DNA of 63,268 nt, the filler included, from Basidiobolus ranarum (lineage: Eukaryota), in assembly GCA_040143965.1 (NCBI GenBank). It is 29 parts of 29 records of this genome, joined end to end, with 100 filler letters (N's around TTAATTAATTAA, not from the genome) between each part and the next. Parts side by side here need not be neighbours in the genome. Positions count along the whole stretch, not along the records: positions 21,912 to 23,998 come from JASJQH010003796.1; positions 24,099 to 26,184 come from JASJQH010003797.1; positions 26,285 to 28,369 come from JASJQH010003798.1; positions 28,470 to 30,554 come from JASJQH010003799.1; positions 30,655 to 32,739 come from JASJQH010003800.1; positions 32,840 to 34,923 come from JASJQH010003801.1; positions 35,024 to 37,107 come from JASJQH010003802.1; 22 more parts are not named here. The stretch is one strand, 5' to 3'. How positions within the stretch are numbered: the stretch's first letter is position 1; every line of letters begins with the position of its first letter. Below, piece after piece: positions 23,896-36,029 of the stretch. The position numbers and the translations under genes are program-made. Below the pieces are notes generated by a model. The model had not been told where the DNA came from. It worked only from the letters and a program-made list of their open reading frames with translations, and did not search any database.

Positions 23896-24098
23896 ATGAA
23901 GAGGGGGGATGTTGATTCAGGAGCCGCAGGCCCTGGTGCGTCTAGCCGCGTGCATTTCGATGAACCACCAAGAGACCAAAGTCCCCCCGCGCTCATGGNN
24001 NNNNNNNNNNNNNNNNNNNNNNNNNNNNNNNNNNNNNNNNNNTTAATTAATTAANNNNNNNNNNNNNNNNNNNNNNNNNNNNNNNNNNNNNNNNNNNN

Positions 24099-26184
24099 AA
24101 CGAAAGCAGCAAAAGAAGCACTCAAGGAGCATGAAGTAAGAAAAGCGAAGGGAAAAGCAAAGGAACCAGTGAGTTTAGGATCTACTGTCCCACTTACTAA
24201 ATTTCTTCACATCAATATGAAGATCTGCACATACAGAGTCATATATATTGGCAAAAGGGCTTAATTTTACCATGCAGCCAGGTACACCAATTGAGAAAGT
24301 GCTAAACTTGGAAGTTTATCCAACACCTGGCATCTCTCAATAAGCCAAAAATCAGCAAATAAGACTTGCGGCTCTCTAACATTAAACAGTACTTTGCAAA
24401 GTGTTGCCACAAACTTAAAGGCAAGCAGAAAGCTACACAAACACCTCAAAGCATCCTCAGTAGGGTCATTCTATGACAATGTATAACAATAGTCAAAGTG
24501 CTTTAGGAGTTCTTTTAAAAGTATGAAAGGAAAGATGCAATATAAGTATGCAGAGAGTGGCTTCTGAAGAAGAACAGTCAACTAGACATTCAGTCTGGTG
24601 TTAACCATGCAGATATCTGTGAAGAACTTAGTACAATGTGGCACAATAATGTAGAGTACCCTAACAGAAATTTGAGTATAGTTATTGTAATAAAACCATC
24701 AAATATTTAATCCATTTTGGATTGACTGTTTACTTACCATCACACAAGCATCAAGTTAGATTTGAGCTCATCAATTTTTTTGGTTTCAGGAATGCAATTT
24801 CAGGATTTTACAAAACAGTTGTACATCATTGGCTAATATCACAAGGAAAAATGGATTGACATATATGCAAAAAACATAATTCAACTGTTACACATTGACC
24901 ATTTGAATGTTAATTTGTCACCTCTGGAACCCCTAGTTTCTTTGATATATCCTCCTGAGTTTTTGCATAGAGCTCTTCATATCCAAGCTCTAGCTCATAT
25001 CCAACACAAGTTTGTATCAACATTGCCATCTAAGCCTACCAATGTGTTAAAGTTGCTTAGTCAACATTCTTCTAGCTATCTGGTAGAAACCTTGCAATAC
25101 TGGGCCACTCCATATTAAGTTATTGCCAGATATCTGCATAGTCAACACCAGGCTGAATGTCAAGGTGGATGTTCTTCTTCTGAAGCCACTCTCTGCATTC
25201 TTGCACTGTGCTTTTCCTGTCATACTTTTGAAAATACTCCTTAAGCAATTTTGCTATTTTTATACATTGTTATAGTGTGACACTACTAAGGGTGCTTTGT
25301 GGTGATTGCATTACTTCTTGCTTGCCTTTAGTTTGGGGCTGATTTCAACACTTTGAAAAGTACCAGTTGAGGTTGGTGAGCTGTGAGTTTTATTTGCTGA
25401 TGTTTTGGCTTGTTGGAGGTGCCAGGTGTTTATAAACATTCAAATTAAGCACTCTTCCAAGTGATGTACATGGTTCCATGGTGAATTTAAGTTTTTTTGC
25501 CAGTGTATCTGACTTGGGAAATGCAGATCTTTGTAATGGTGTGAGGAAATTGGCAAGTGGGTTAGTAGATCCTTAGCTCACAAGCTCCATTGCTTTTCCC
25601 TTGGGTTTACTAACTTCCAGCTACTTGAGTACTGCTTTAGCTGCTTTACTTTTCTTTTAAGTTGATAATTGTGTCCATTTCTGAGATATCTGATGAATAG
25701 GCCTATACAAGCCCAATTGCCATTTGCTTGAAAAACCAAGGATCAGCTACATATAATAAGTTTAGAACATTCAGAGTAACATCTGGTTTTTGGTTTTTCC
25801 ACAATTGGCTTGAATCAAGGTGATTTTCAACAGGATTCTGCAAAGTTTACAAAATGTTAACCATTCATCATCACAGCAAGTCAAGGCTGCTCTAACATAC
25901 AGAGTCTTTTGTTTGCCAGCTTTCCTGTGAGACTTCTACTTTCATGTGCCCAAGCAATTTTGTGTTGTTATGAAGCCTTAATGGTCCAACAAATATTCTG
26001 ATTGGCTAGATTGTCAATGAGATATTTGTATACATGATGTGGGATTGACTGAAATCCCATATGAGAAAGGACAGAGGGACCAGCATGTTGCTGTAGCTCA
26101 AGTAAAGCATTCTGAAGGCCTATAATCATTGTTGAGTTACTCTCTGACTGTTGCCTAGTTGCTTCAAAATGCTGCATTAGTTGC
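24099..26184. mobile_element. Two nested CACTA-like copies in opposite orientation
   Basis: ORF2 3' part on + (24099-24658), then terminus CCCTAACAGAAATTTGAG at 24659, followed by ORF2 on - to the contig end. Confidence 0.85.
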
Positions 26185-26284
26185 NNNNNNNNNNNNNNNN
26201 NNNNNNNNNNNNNNNNNNNNNNNNNNNNTTAATTAATTAANNNNNNNNNNNNNNNNNNNNNNNNNNNNNNNNNNNNNNNNNNNN

Positions 26285-27720
26285 AAACAGCAAGCTGATG
26301 GATCTGTAGAAATTTATAAAGCTAGACATGAGGCTAAAAGATAGTCTCAGATGAAAGGAGTGGACTACAATGAAACTTTTGCTCTGGTATCAAAGTTTAA
26401 TTTGATCAGAACTGACCTAGCAGTAGCAGCAAAACAGGGCTTAAAAGTCCAACAAAAGGATATCAAAACTACTTTTTTGCATGGGGACTTGGAAAAAATA
26501 TGTTCTTGGATCAACCAGATGGTTTGTGGATCCTGAGCACCCTGAGGATGTGTATAATCTACAAAAGTCACTCTATGGACTTAAACAATCATCCTGGGCC
26601 TGGTACACTAATATAGACACATACTTGGAATGTCTTGATTTCCAGAAGATTATGGCAAATTTTGGGATCTACTTTAAGACAGATAAGGACAGTAAAGTGA
26701 TGCTTGCCTTATATGTAGATAATCTGATGATAGCTACCAATAATTATGAAGCTCTCAGGAGCACCAAATAGATCCATCAGTTCAATTCATGATGACCAAT
26801 ATAGATGCACTAATGTATTTTTTGGGCCTGCAGATCCATACAGATGTATTGAGCAAATGTATTACTCTGAATCAATCTAATTACATCTCAGATATTCTTC
26901 AACACTACAGGATGGGGAGTTGTAAGCCAGTAGCAACTGCCATGGATCTAGGTGTGAAACTAGTCAAAAAGCCATCATAAAATGATGAAAATTTGCCAAA
27001 TATGGCTCAAAATAAGTCATTTGAAAGCCCTGGGTTCCCTTATCAATCTATGGTAGGTAATTTGATCTATGCTATGACTGTAATCCAACCAGAAATCCCT
27101 TTGGCAATTAGAGTAGTTAGCCAGCATGTGTAAAGCCCTGGATCTGAGCATTATGCAGCAATTAAACAGATTCTCAGATTTTTGAAGGAGACAATTAATC
27201 TGTGATTAAGAGACACATATTCTTATGAGAATAAGGATCAGATTAGGTTTAGTGATGCAGATGGGAATGTGATATTGAGCAAAGAAGATATATCACTGGA
27301 TATACCTTTCTCTACAGCATAGCAGCCATAACTTGAATAGCAAGTAAAAACCCACCATAGCATTTTAACAACTGAAGCAGAGTACATAGCAGCATCAAAT
27401 ACAACAAAGGAGGCTATGTGGTCAAGAACACTGTTCAAACACTTGGGGATTTTTCAAAGTTCACCCACCATAATTTTCAAGGCTGATCAGAGTTTTAATT
27501 CTTCTGCTAAAAATTACAAGTATCATGCTAGAAGTAAGCACATTGATACTCAACATCACTTTGTTAGGGAAGCTATTGATGATAAGCATGTCCAATTAGA
27601 GTACTGTGAAACTGAGGCCTGGAGTGCTGACATCCCTAACAAACCATCACCCAAGCCAAAATTTAAAGAATTAAGATTTAAGTTAGGACTATGAAATATG
27701 AAAATTTATTTGAGTGGGAG
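26285..27720 (+). mobile_element. Degenerate Ty1/Copia RT-RNase H with polypurine tract
   Basis: LQKSLYGLKQSSWAWY, ALYVDNLMI, TTEAEYIAAS, HARSKHIDTQHHFVRE, ADIPNKP. PPT GAGTGGGAG lies directly before the LTR. Confidence 0.95.
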
Positions 27721-28099
27721 TGTTGAAGTTTATTGTCTTTATCATCTTTGTTATCTCTATCTTTATTCACCTAACTACATCATATATCACATATAAGGTA
27801 GTTAAAATTACTTAGTCAAATATCACCTAAACTGCAAATTGGAACATATATTATATATATATGTGAATAATATGAGAATTAGCAATTCCATATTGGATAT
27901 GTCAAACTTGTCCAAATTGCACTAAATATAGCCCATTTTGCTCACACAGATGTTCTGAACACAACCCCAGTGTTAGTTTTCTGTATTTCCACCCAAATGT
28001 ATAAATGCTTTAATTCTGAACAATACATAATTACCTCACACAGCTATTCACAACTCCACTTTTCTAAAGTTCCTCCAAACAGCTCATATTTTCCCAATA
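27721..28099 (+). mobile_element. Copia 3' LTR, family B (379 bp)
   Basis: Starts TGTTGAAG right after the PPT and ends ...TTTCCCAATA. Homologous to 28494-28871. Confidence 0.9.
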
Positions 28100-28369
28100 A
28101 GGTAATCATGGTGACATTCACATGTATGGTGTGGGATTGATTGAAATCCCATATGAGAATGGCTGCAGCAGGCAGCATCATGCTGTAGCTCAAGTACAGC
28201 ATTTGGAAGGTCTTTTACCCTAATAGAAATTTCAGTATTGTTATCATAGGAAACCATCACAATTTTAATCCATTTGGGATTGACCATTTACTTTCCATCA
28301 TAAAATCAGCAAGTTGGATTTGATATAAATGAATTTTTTTGGTTTCAGGAGTGAAATTGCAAGATCTTG
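28100..28369. mobile_element. CACTA-like ORF2 fragment plus element terminus at 28218
   Basis: NAVLELQH...MGFQSIPHHT on -, then CCCTAATAGAAATTTCAG terminus. Confidence 0.8.
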
Positions 28370-28480
28370 NNNNNNNNNNNNNNNNNNNNNNNNNNNNNNN
28401 NNNNNNNNNNNNNTTAATTAATTAANNNNNNNNNNNNNNNNNNNNNNNNNNNNNNNNNNNNNNNNNNNNGGTTCGAACAT

Positions 28481-28871
28481 GGGGCTCATAACCTATTGGG
28501 AAAATATGGGCTGTTAGGAGGAACTTTAGAAAAGTGGAGTTGTGAGTAGCTTTGTGAGATAATTGTTTATTGTCCAGAAAGAGAGCATTTATAAATTTTG
28601 GTGGAAATACAGCAAACTAACACTGGGGTTGTGTTCAGAACATCTGTGGGAGTAAAATGAGCTATTTTAGGGGCAATTTGGGCAAGTTTGAAATTTTCAA
28701 TATGGAATTGCTAATTCTCACATTATTCACTTATATATATAATATGTGTTCCAATTTTCCGCTAAGTGATATTTGGCTGAGTAATATTAACTAACTTATA
28801 AGTGATATATGAAATAGTTACATGTCTAAAGATAGAGATAACAAATATGATAAAGACAATAAACTTCAACA
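28481..28871 (-). mobile_element. Copia 5' LTR family B (28494-28871) plus PBS (28481-28493), inserted in another Copia RT
   Basis: On -: TGTTGAAG...CCCAATA followed immediately by GGTTATGAGCCCC. The LTR start abuts RT sequence ...DKSSKVIL. Confidence 0.9.
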
Positions 28872-30466
28872 CAAGTATCACTTTACTGCTCTTATCTGTC
28901 ATAAAGTAGATCCCAAAATCTGCCATACTCTTTTGGAAATCTAGTGATTTCAAGCAAGCATCTATCTAAGTGTACCTGGCCTTGGGTGATTGTTTAAGTC
29001 CATAAAGTGATTTTTGTAGCTTACACCTGTCCTCAGGATGCTCAGTATCCACAAAAAAATTTGGTTGCTCCATAAATATATCCACTTCCAAGTCTCTATT
29101 CAAAAAGGCCATTTAACATCCATTTGATGGATTTTTAAGCTGCTTTATGCTGCTACTGCTAGTGTGGTTCTTCTGCAATTAAACATTCCTACCGGCGCAA
29201 ATGTTTCACTGTAGTCCACTCCTTCCATTTGAGAGTATCATTTAGCCACAACTCTGGCTTTATATCTTTTGACAGTTCCATCAGCTTGCTGCTTAACTTT
29301 GAACAACCTTGTGTACCCCATTGACTTTGGTCAGCAGCTAACTTAACCAAAGTCCAGGTTTTGTTATTTATGAGTGACTGATACTGCTCTACCATTACAG
29401 TACCCCAAAACTCTGTGTTTGAACCCTCCATATCCTCCTATACTGATTTGGGTGTATCAGAAAAGGCTAAATTAGCACTAGGCTCCTTTTGGCTAGTTTG
29501 AGAGTAGTAATCAGGTGGAGATCTCATCTGATAGGATCTCCTAAGCTGGGAAATTGGCAATACAACTTCTGGTACTAATACAGGCAATGGAACCACCTCA
29601 GGCCCAGTTGAAGAGACTGCAGGTAAGGAATTTTTAATGTTTTTCTCAGTGATCAGGATATGGTGAGAGAAAGAAGAATTTTCATCAATTTTCAGTTGTT
29701 TTTCTTGATCCTGGATTGTTTTGATTGAAAATTTCTCTTCTTCAACAGATCCCAATATGCTTAACTTGATTAGCTTTTTATATTCAGTGTCATATAGTCT
29801 GGCCCATTTTGCCAAAAAAAAGTATCCCAAAAAAAGACATTTCTGGCTTTTTGGTCTGATTTTGATCTCTTCTGGTCTGGAGTCATTGCATATGATTCAC
29901 TTCCAAAAACTCCAAGATAAGCTCCATCAGGTTTACTTTGATACCAAGCTTGATAAGGTGTCATAGCAAATAGAGCCCTAGAAGCACATCTATTCCTAAT
30001 ATATACTGCAGTTACAATCAACTCAGCCCAGAACTGTTTTGGTGAATCTTCATCATGAAGCATTGATCTTCCCTTTTCCATTATTGATCTGATTGCACAT
30101 TCTGCTACTCCATTTTGCTGTATGGAATATAGCACTATAGTGTGCTGTTTTATCCCATGTGTTGCACAGAAGTTAAGGATGAGTTTTGAGATACATTCCC
30201 CTCCATTATCAGTACAGATAACCTTAAACTTTAGACCTGTTTCAGTCTCCACCATTGCTTTGAATTTCTTGAAGGTATCAAAGTATTCATCCTTACTGGC
30301 CAGAAAGCACACCTAAGTATACTTTGTCTTATCATCAATGAGGGTCATAGAATACCTTTTTCTGCCTGAGGATTTTTTCTGCATTTGGCCACCTAGATCT
30401 GAGATATCAGGCCCAATTGTTTGTCAATTTTGCTTATTCCAACACCCACAAATGGCTGTCTGGGTT
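28872..30466 (-). mobile_element. Degenerate Ty1/Copia integrase-RT
   Basis: TDNGGE, QQNGVAECAIRSIMEKGRSML, FWAELIVTAVYIRNR, NKTWTLV. Confidence 0.95.
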
Positions 30467-30554
30467 AGACTTGTTCCATTTTATTGAGCCAGATCAGGCC
30501 AGCTAAAAAGTGTGCCAGCACAAATTGGCATGATTGGGCACTATCCGGCACGAT
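30467..30554. mobile_element. Left end of a MITE related to 6062-6243 (cut by contig end)
   Basis: AGACTTGTTCCATT start and shared internal GGCACTATC motif. It interrupts the Copia PRQPF pre-integrase segment. Confidence 0.55.
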
Positions 30555-30654
30555 NNNNNNNNNNNNNNNNNNNNNNNNNNNNNNNNNNNNNNNNNNNNTT
30601 AATTAATTAANNNNNNNNNNNNNNNNNNNNNNNNNNNNNNNNNNNNNNNNNNNN

Positions 30655-31364
30655 TTCTAAGAAACATCTTGTTGGCAGCAGAACTTGTTTGGTAGGTGTC
30701 TTCCAAGGCTTTCCATACCTTGTTGGCAATTTTAGCTCTTGAACATTGAATTAGCAATTTGTCTTTAACATTAAGACAAATTGGGTCAAAGGCACTTTGT
30801 TCTTTTTTAACCTGGAGTAAAACTTTGGTTTCTGATAGTTTTGCATTCTTTTTTTCTCTTACAACAGTGTCTCAAAGTCCTTTTTCTTGCAGTAGCATTT
30901 TCATTTTAATTTTCCAAACTTGATAATTGGTTCCATCCAATTTTTCAAAAGAGGGAAAAGTTCCATAAATTTGAGAAGTAGACATTACAGAGAGTGCAAG
31001 CTTGGGGCTCATAACCTGTTAAAGTATTTGGGAGCCTGTTGGAAATGGTTTGGAGAATTAGAGGAATTGGTGATTTTCACTTATTGATTTATTGAGTAGA
31101 AAGTTGACATTTATGGTTTTGTCAAGATGTAAGCAAACTAACGTGTAGAATATGCTAAGGAAGATCCCAGGAACATGTGTGCAAAGTTTGGGGCTTCTAG
31201 CATGCATTTGAAAAATCTATATATCTGAGAACTTCTAAGTTAGTATGCATATTCTAAGTAAATTCCAATTGAGAATAATTGATAATATCTTAGTGAATTA
31301 TAAGATAACTAAATACTAAGCTATATATGACTATACAGGTGCTTAGGCAATGCTAATTTCAAAA
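30655..31364 (-). mobile_element. Copia 5' end: LTR family A (31017-31364), PBS (31004-31016), gag from 30985
   Basis: LTR ...TTTAACA + GGTTATGAGCCCC, then MSTSQIYGTFPSFEKLDGTNYQVWKIKMKMLLQEKGL* (Copia gag N-terminus). Confidence 0.93.
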
Positions 31365-31478
31365 CCAACAACTCCCAAAATACTCCAACATAAATGGTAT
31401 TCTGAATATGACACTTTTACTTGTTCAGTGCCCAATTTGCACCATGGATATAGGTGTTGAAATGATTTCTCATCTATA

Positions 31479-32355
31479 TGTTGAGATTAGCATTGCCTAA
31501 GAACCTATATAGTCATACATAGCTTAAGATTTAGTTACTTTTTATTTCCCTAAGTTATTACCCATTATTCTCAGACAAAACTTACCAAGAATACTTTTGC
31601 CGACCTAGAAGTTTTAAGATATAAAGATTTTTCAAACTTGTATTTGAAGTAGCAAGCTTTGCACACATGCTTCTGAAACCCTTGTAAACATATTCTACAT
31701 CTTAGTCTGTTTAAATTTTGACAAAATTATACAAGTCAAGTTTCAACTTAATAAGTCAACAAGTAAATACTACCTATTTCTCTAATTTTCCAAACCACTT
31801 CCAACAGGCTCCCAAAATACTTTAACAGGTTATGAGCCCCAAGCTTGCACCCTCTATAATGTTTACTTCTCAAACTTCTAGAACTTTTTCCTCTTCTGAA
31901 AATTGAATCCAACCAATCATCAAATTTGGAAAATTAATTTGAAATGCTGCATCAAGAAAAAGAACTTTGGGATACTCTTGTAGGAGAAGAAAAGAGTGCA
32001 AAATTTGCTGAAACCATAGTCTTACTACAGACCAAAAAAGAAAAAAGTGCCATTAACACAATCTGTTTTAATGTTAAAGATAAATTGCTATTTCAATGTT
32101 CAATAGCCAAAACTGCCTGGAAGGTATGGAAAGCCTTGGAAGACACCTACCAAACATATTCTACTTCCCACAAGATGTTTCTATGAAGACAATTCTTTAA
32201 CCTAAAGATGAAGCCAGGAGAAGATATTTAAACACTTTTTACACAGTCACTATTCTAGTGGATGAAATGGAATGCATTGGAATACCTACTAATGATCAGG
32301 AAATCATAGTTACAGTCCTGAATAGCCTGTCACAAGAGTCTCAGAGCCTAGTAAT
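31479..32355 (+). mobile_element. Copia 5' end: LTR family A (31479-31827), PBS (31828-31840), gag from 31859
   Basis: TGTTGAGATTAG...TTTAACA GGTTATGAGCCCC, then gag ...EKELWDTLVG...TAWKVWKALEDTY. Confidence 0.93.
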
Positions 32356-32739
32356 CCCTAACAGAAATTTGAGGATTGTTTTGTAGGAAAACAATGACAA
32401 TTTTAATCCATTTGGGATTGCCCATTTACTTACCATCATAAAAACATCAAGTTAGATTTGATTTTAATCAATTTTTTCAGTTTCAGGAGTGAAATTTCAA
32501 GATGTTACAAAATAGTTACAAGGGATTGGCTACAATCTCAGAGAAGTATGGATCAACACATATGCAAAAAATGTAACTCAAATTTTACACATTTACCACT
32601 TGAATGCTGATTTGTCACCTTTGAAATTCCTAGTTTCTTTGATACATTCTCCTATATTTTTATAGAGTTCTTCATACCCAAGGTTTAGCTCATACCCAAC
32701 ACAAGTTTGTATCAATATCTTTATCAAAGCCCACCATTG
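32356..32739. mobile_element. CACTA-like element terminus inserted into Copia gag
   Basis: Abrupt switch to CCCTAACAGAAATTTGAGGATTG, the same end as at 24659 and 38828. Confidence 0.85.
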
Positions 32740-32839
32740 NNNNNNNNNNNNNNNNNNNNNNNNNNNNNNNNNNNNNNNNNNNNTTAATTAATTAANNNNN
32801 NNNNNNNNNNNNNNNNNNNNNNNNNNNNNNNNNNNNNNN

Positions 32840-34923
32840 AAGTTATACTAACATCAATAGTTGAACTCTTAATGAATGTCTCATCCAAACAAAGAAAGAG
32901 TGAAACAAACTTCAATTTCAATTCCATGCGATATCTCCAACTGCTGTGCTCTTAATAGTCACGCCACAAGGCGGTTGTGGCTTAGCTAAATCATTTGTGA
33001 CTTGTAACAGGAATGTTTTCGGCCAACTCTGTCCCGATGTTATGCAAATCATTTAAACCCGGTATGATACTTTGTTAACAACTTGAATTATTCGGTTGAG
33101 GACTCAAAGCAACAAGAGCACTGGTGCTAGTCAAGGGTGAAAGCTACTAGAATATTCTATATGATTGGAAAATTAGACTAATAATAGGGTTAAAATTGAA
33201 GCAAAGACAAAAGGTAAGGTGACTACAAACAACAGGTATGGGAAACACTAACAGGAGAGTCTACGAAGTGTACAGACTGCTGGCAAGTGACAAACGGTAT
33301 GGTAACACTTAAAAAAGAAGAGTCTACGAAGTGGTAAAGACTGCTGACCAGTGACGAAAGGTATGGTGAAAACCAACGGCAGGTATGGGAAAAACTGATA
33401 AAAGAGTTTACGAGTCTTAAGGACAGCTTATAAATGACAACGGGTATGGTGATAACAAACGACTGGTATGAGCAACACTTTAAGAAAAGTCTACAAAGCA
33501 CTAAATACTATCGACAAATGATGAAGGGTATGGTGATAACCAATGTCAAGTATGGGAAACACTAATAGCGAAGTCCACTAAGATCTAAATCCTGCTGACA
33601 AAAGACAAAGGGTATGGTGATAACAAACGCCTGGTATGGGAAAGGCTTAAAGAAGAGCGACAGACTATTGAAAAATGACAAAAGGTACTGTAACACGAAA
33701 TGATATATATGGGAAACACTTGAAGTGCGACCGACTACTGGCAAATATCGAAGGATATGGTGCCAAGAAACGACGGGTATGGAAAACACTTAAAGCACAT
33801 TTGATCAAGGGTTAAATACAACTGACAAGTGATAAAGGGTACGGTGTCAAGAAACAGCGGTTAGGAAACAATTAAAGTAGATTTGTGCCAAAGACCATTA
33901 ACTTAACAATTGACAAGTGGCAAAGGGTACGGTGTCAAGAAACAGCAGGTATTGGAACCCATTAAAGTAGAGTTTATTAAGTGCTAAAGTATACGGATAA
34001 ATGACGAAGAATATGGTGATGGGAAACACTCATGGGATAGTCTACAAAGCGCTAAAGACTACTGACAAGAGAGAAAGGGTACGGCGCCAGGAAACGATGG
34101 GTATGGAAAATGTTCAAGGTTGAGTTTACGAAGTGCTAAAGACTACTGAAAAACGACAAATGGTATGGTGCCAGGAAACGACGGTTATGGGAAACTTTAA
34201 AGAGATAATCTGCAAAGTGCCAAAGGTTACTGACTAATGGACATAACAATTCCTCTTTTACCCTATTGGCTCTGGTTCATTTTTGTTCAAAACAAAGTTA
34301 TTTGCGCTTCATCTTAATTGATTATCATAGCTATTTTAAGTTATATTAACATCAATAATAATCGAACTCTTAATGAATGTCTCATCCAAACAAAGAAAGA
34401 GTGAAACAAACTTCAATTTCAATTCCATGCGATATCTCCAACTGCTGTGCTCTCAATACTCACGCCACGAAGCGGTTGTGGCTTAGCTTAATCATTTGCG
34501 ACTTGTAACAGGAATGTTATCGGCCAACTCTGTCCCGATGTTATGCAAATCATTTAAACCCGGTATGATACTTTGTTAACACCTTGAATTATTCTGTTCA
34601 GGATTCAACGCAACAAGACCACTGGCGCTAGTCAAGGGTGAAAGCTACTAGAATATTCTATATGGTTGGGAAATTAGACTAATAATAGGGTTAAAATTGA
34701 AGCACAGACAAAGGGTAAGGTGACCAAAAACGACGGGTATGGGAAACACTAAGAGGAGAGTCTATGAAGTGCAGTGGGGTGATCATAAACGTCGGGGGTG
34801 GGAAACACTTAAAGGAAAGTTTACTAAGTCTGAAGACTGCTGACAAGTGACAAAGAGTATGGTGATAACAAACACCGGGTATGTGAAACACTGAAAGGAG
34901 AGTTTATGAAGTGCTACTGACCA
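32840..34923 (+). repeat. 84-bp tandem repeat arrays within a ~1.5-kb higher-order repeat
   Basis: A ~370-bp block at 32841 recurs near-identically at 34339. Each block is followed by diverged ~84-bp monomers (GACTACTGACAAATGACAAAGGGTATGGTG...GGTATGGGAAACACT...) at ~33210-34235 and ~34710-34923. Confidence 0.9.
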
Positions 34924-35023
34924 NNNNNNNNNNNNNNNNNNNNNNNNNNNNNNNNNNNNNNNNNNNNTTAATTAATTAANNNNNNNNNNNNNNNNNNNNN
35001 NNNNNNNNNNNNNNNNNNNNNNN

Positions 35024-35735
35024 CTCATACTCAACACAAGTTTGTATCAATATCCCCATCAAAGCCCACCATTCTATTAATGTTGCTGGATCAACATTCT
35101 TCCAGCTATCTGGTGGATACCCTGCAATATTGTGCCACTCTATTATGTTCTTCCCAGATATCTGCATGGTCAACACCAGACTAAATGTCAAGTTGGATGT
35201 TCTTCTTCCAAAGCCACTTTCTGCATACTTGCACTGCAGTCCTCAAGCACTCTGACTAATTTTGTACATCCTTGTAGTGTGACACTACTGAGAGTGCTTT
35301 GCAGTGTTTGTGTGGCTTTTTGCTTGCCTTTAACTTTGGGGCTAATTGTAGCACTTTGAAAAGTACCAGTTGAGGTTGGAGAATCATGCATTTTATTTGG
35401 CAGTGTTTTGGCTTGTTGAGAGGTGCCAGGTGTTGGATAAACTTCTAAATTTAGTACTCTTCCAACTGGTGTACCTGGTTCCATGGTGCAATTAAGCTTT
35501 TTTGCCAGTATAACTGACTCTGGAATTGCAGATCTTTCTAATGGTGTGAAGAATTTGGTAAGTGGGACAGGAGTGCCTAAACTCACTGGCTCCTTTGCTT
35601 TTCCCTGAAGTTTACTAACTTCCTGCTCCTTGAGTACTTCTTTAGCTGCTTCTCTCTCTTTTCCAAGTCAATAGTTGTGTACATTATTCAGATGCTTCAT
35701 GAATAGGCCTGTACTAGCCTAATTGCCATTTGAGC
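35024..35735 (-). mobile_element. CACTA-like ORF2 3' part
   Basis: SLGTPVPLTKFFTPL...GTPVGRVLNLEVYPTPG...EWHNIAGYPPDSWKNVDPATLIEWWALM. Confidence 0.8.
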
Positions 35736-36029
35736 AGCAATAAAGCATTTATACCTTTTGGTGGAAATACAGAAAACTAACACTGCGGTTGTGTTCAGAA
35801 AATCTGTGGGAGTAAAATGAGCTATCTATGTGGCAATTTGGACCAGCTTGAAATTTCCAATATGGAATTGCTAATTCTCACATTATTCACATATATATAT
35901 AATATATGTTCCAAATTTCAGCTAAGTGATATTTGACTAAGTAATGTCAACTAACTTAAATGTGATCTATGAAATAGTTAGGTGTATAACAATAGAGATA
36001 CAAATATGATAAAGATAATAAACTTAACA
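35736..36029 (-). mobile_element. Partial Copia LTR family B
   Basis: Matches 28580-28871 (GGTGGAAATACAGAAAACTAACAC...AAAGATAATAAACTTAACA). Confidence 0.85.

Noticed and set aside
33210-34235. CRISPR-like repeat/spacer array
   Set aside because: The whole 84-bp unit is homologous between copies, so there are no unique spacers. The context is eukaryotic and there are no cas genes.
33210-34235. Array of micro-exons and introns (GTATGG donor-like and TACTGAC branch-like motifs in each monomer)
   Set aside because: Purine-rich 3' ends, acceptor AG and donor not conserved in all monomers, and no consistent spliced frame. Only RNA-seq could revive it.
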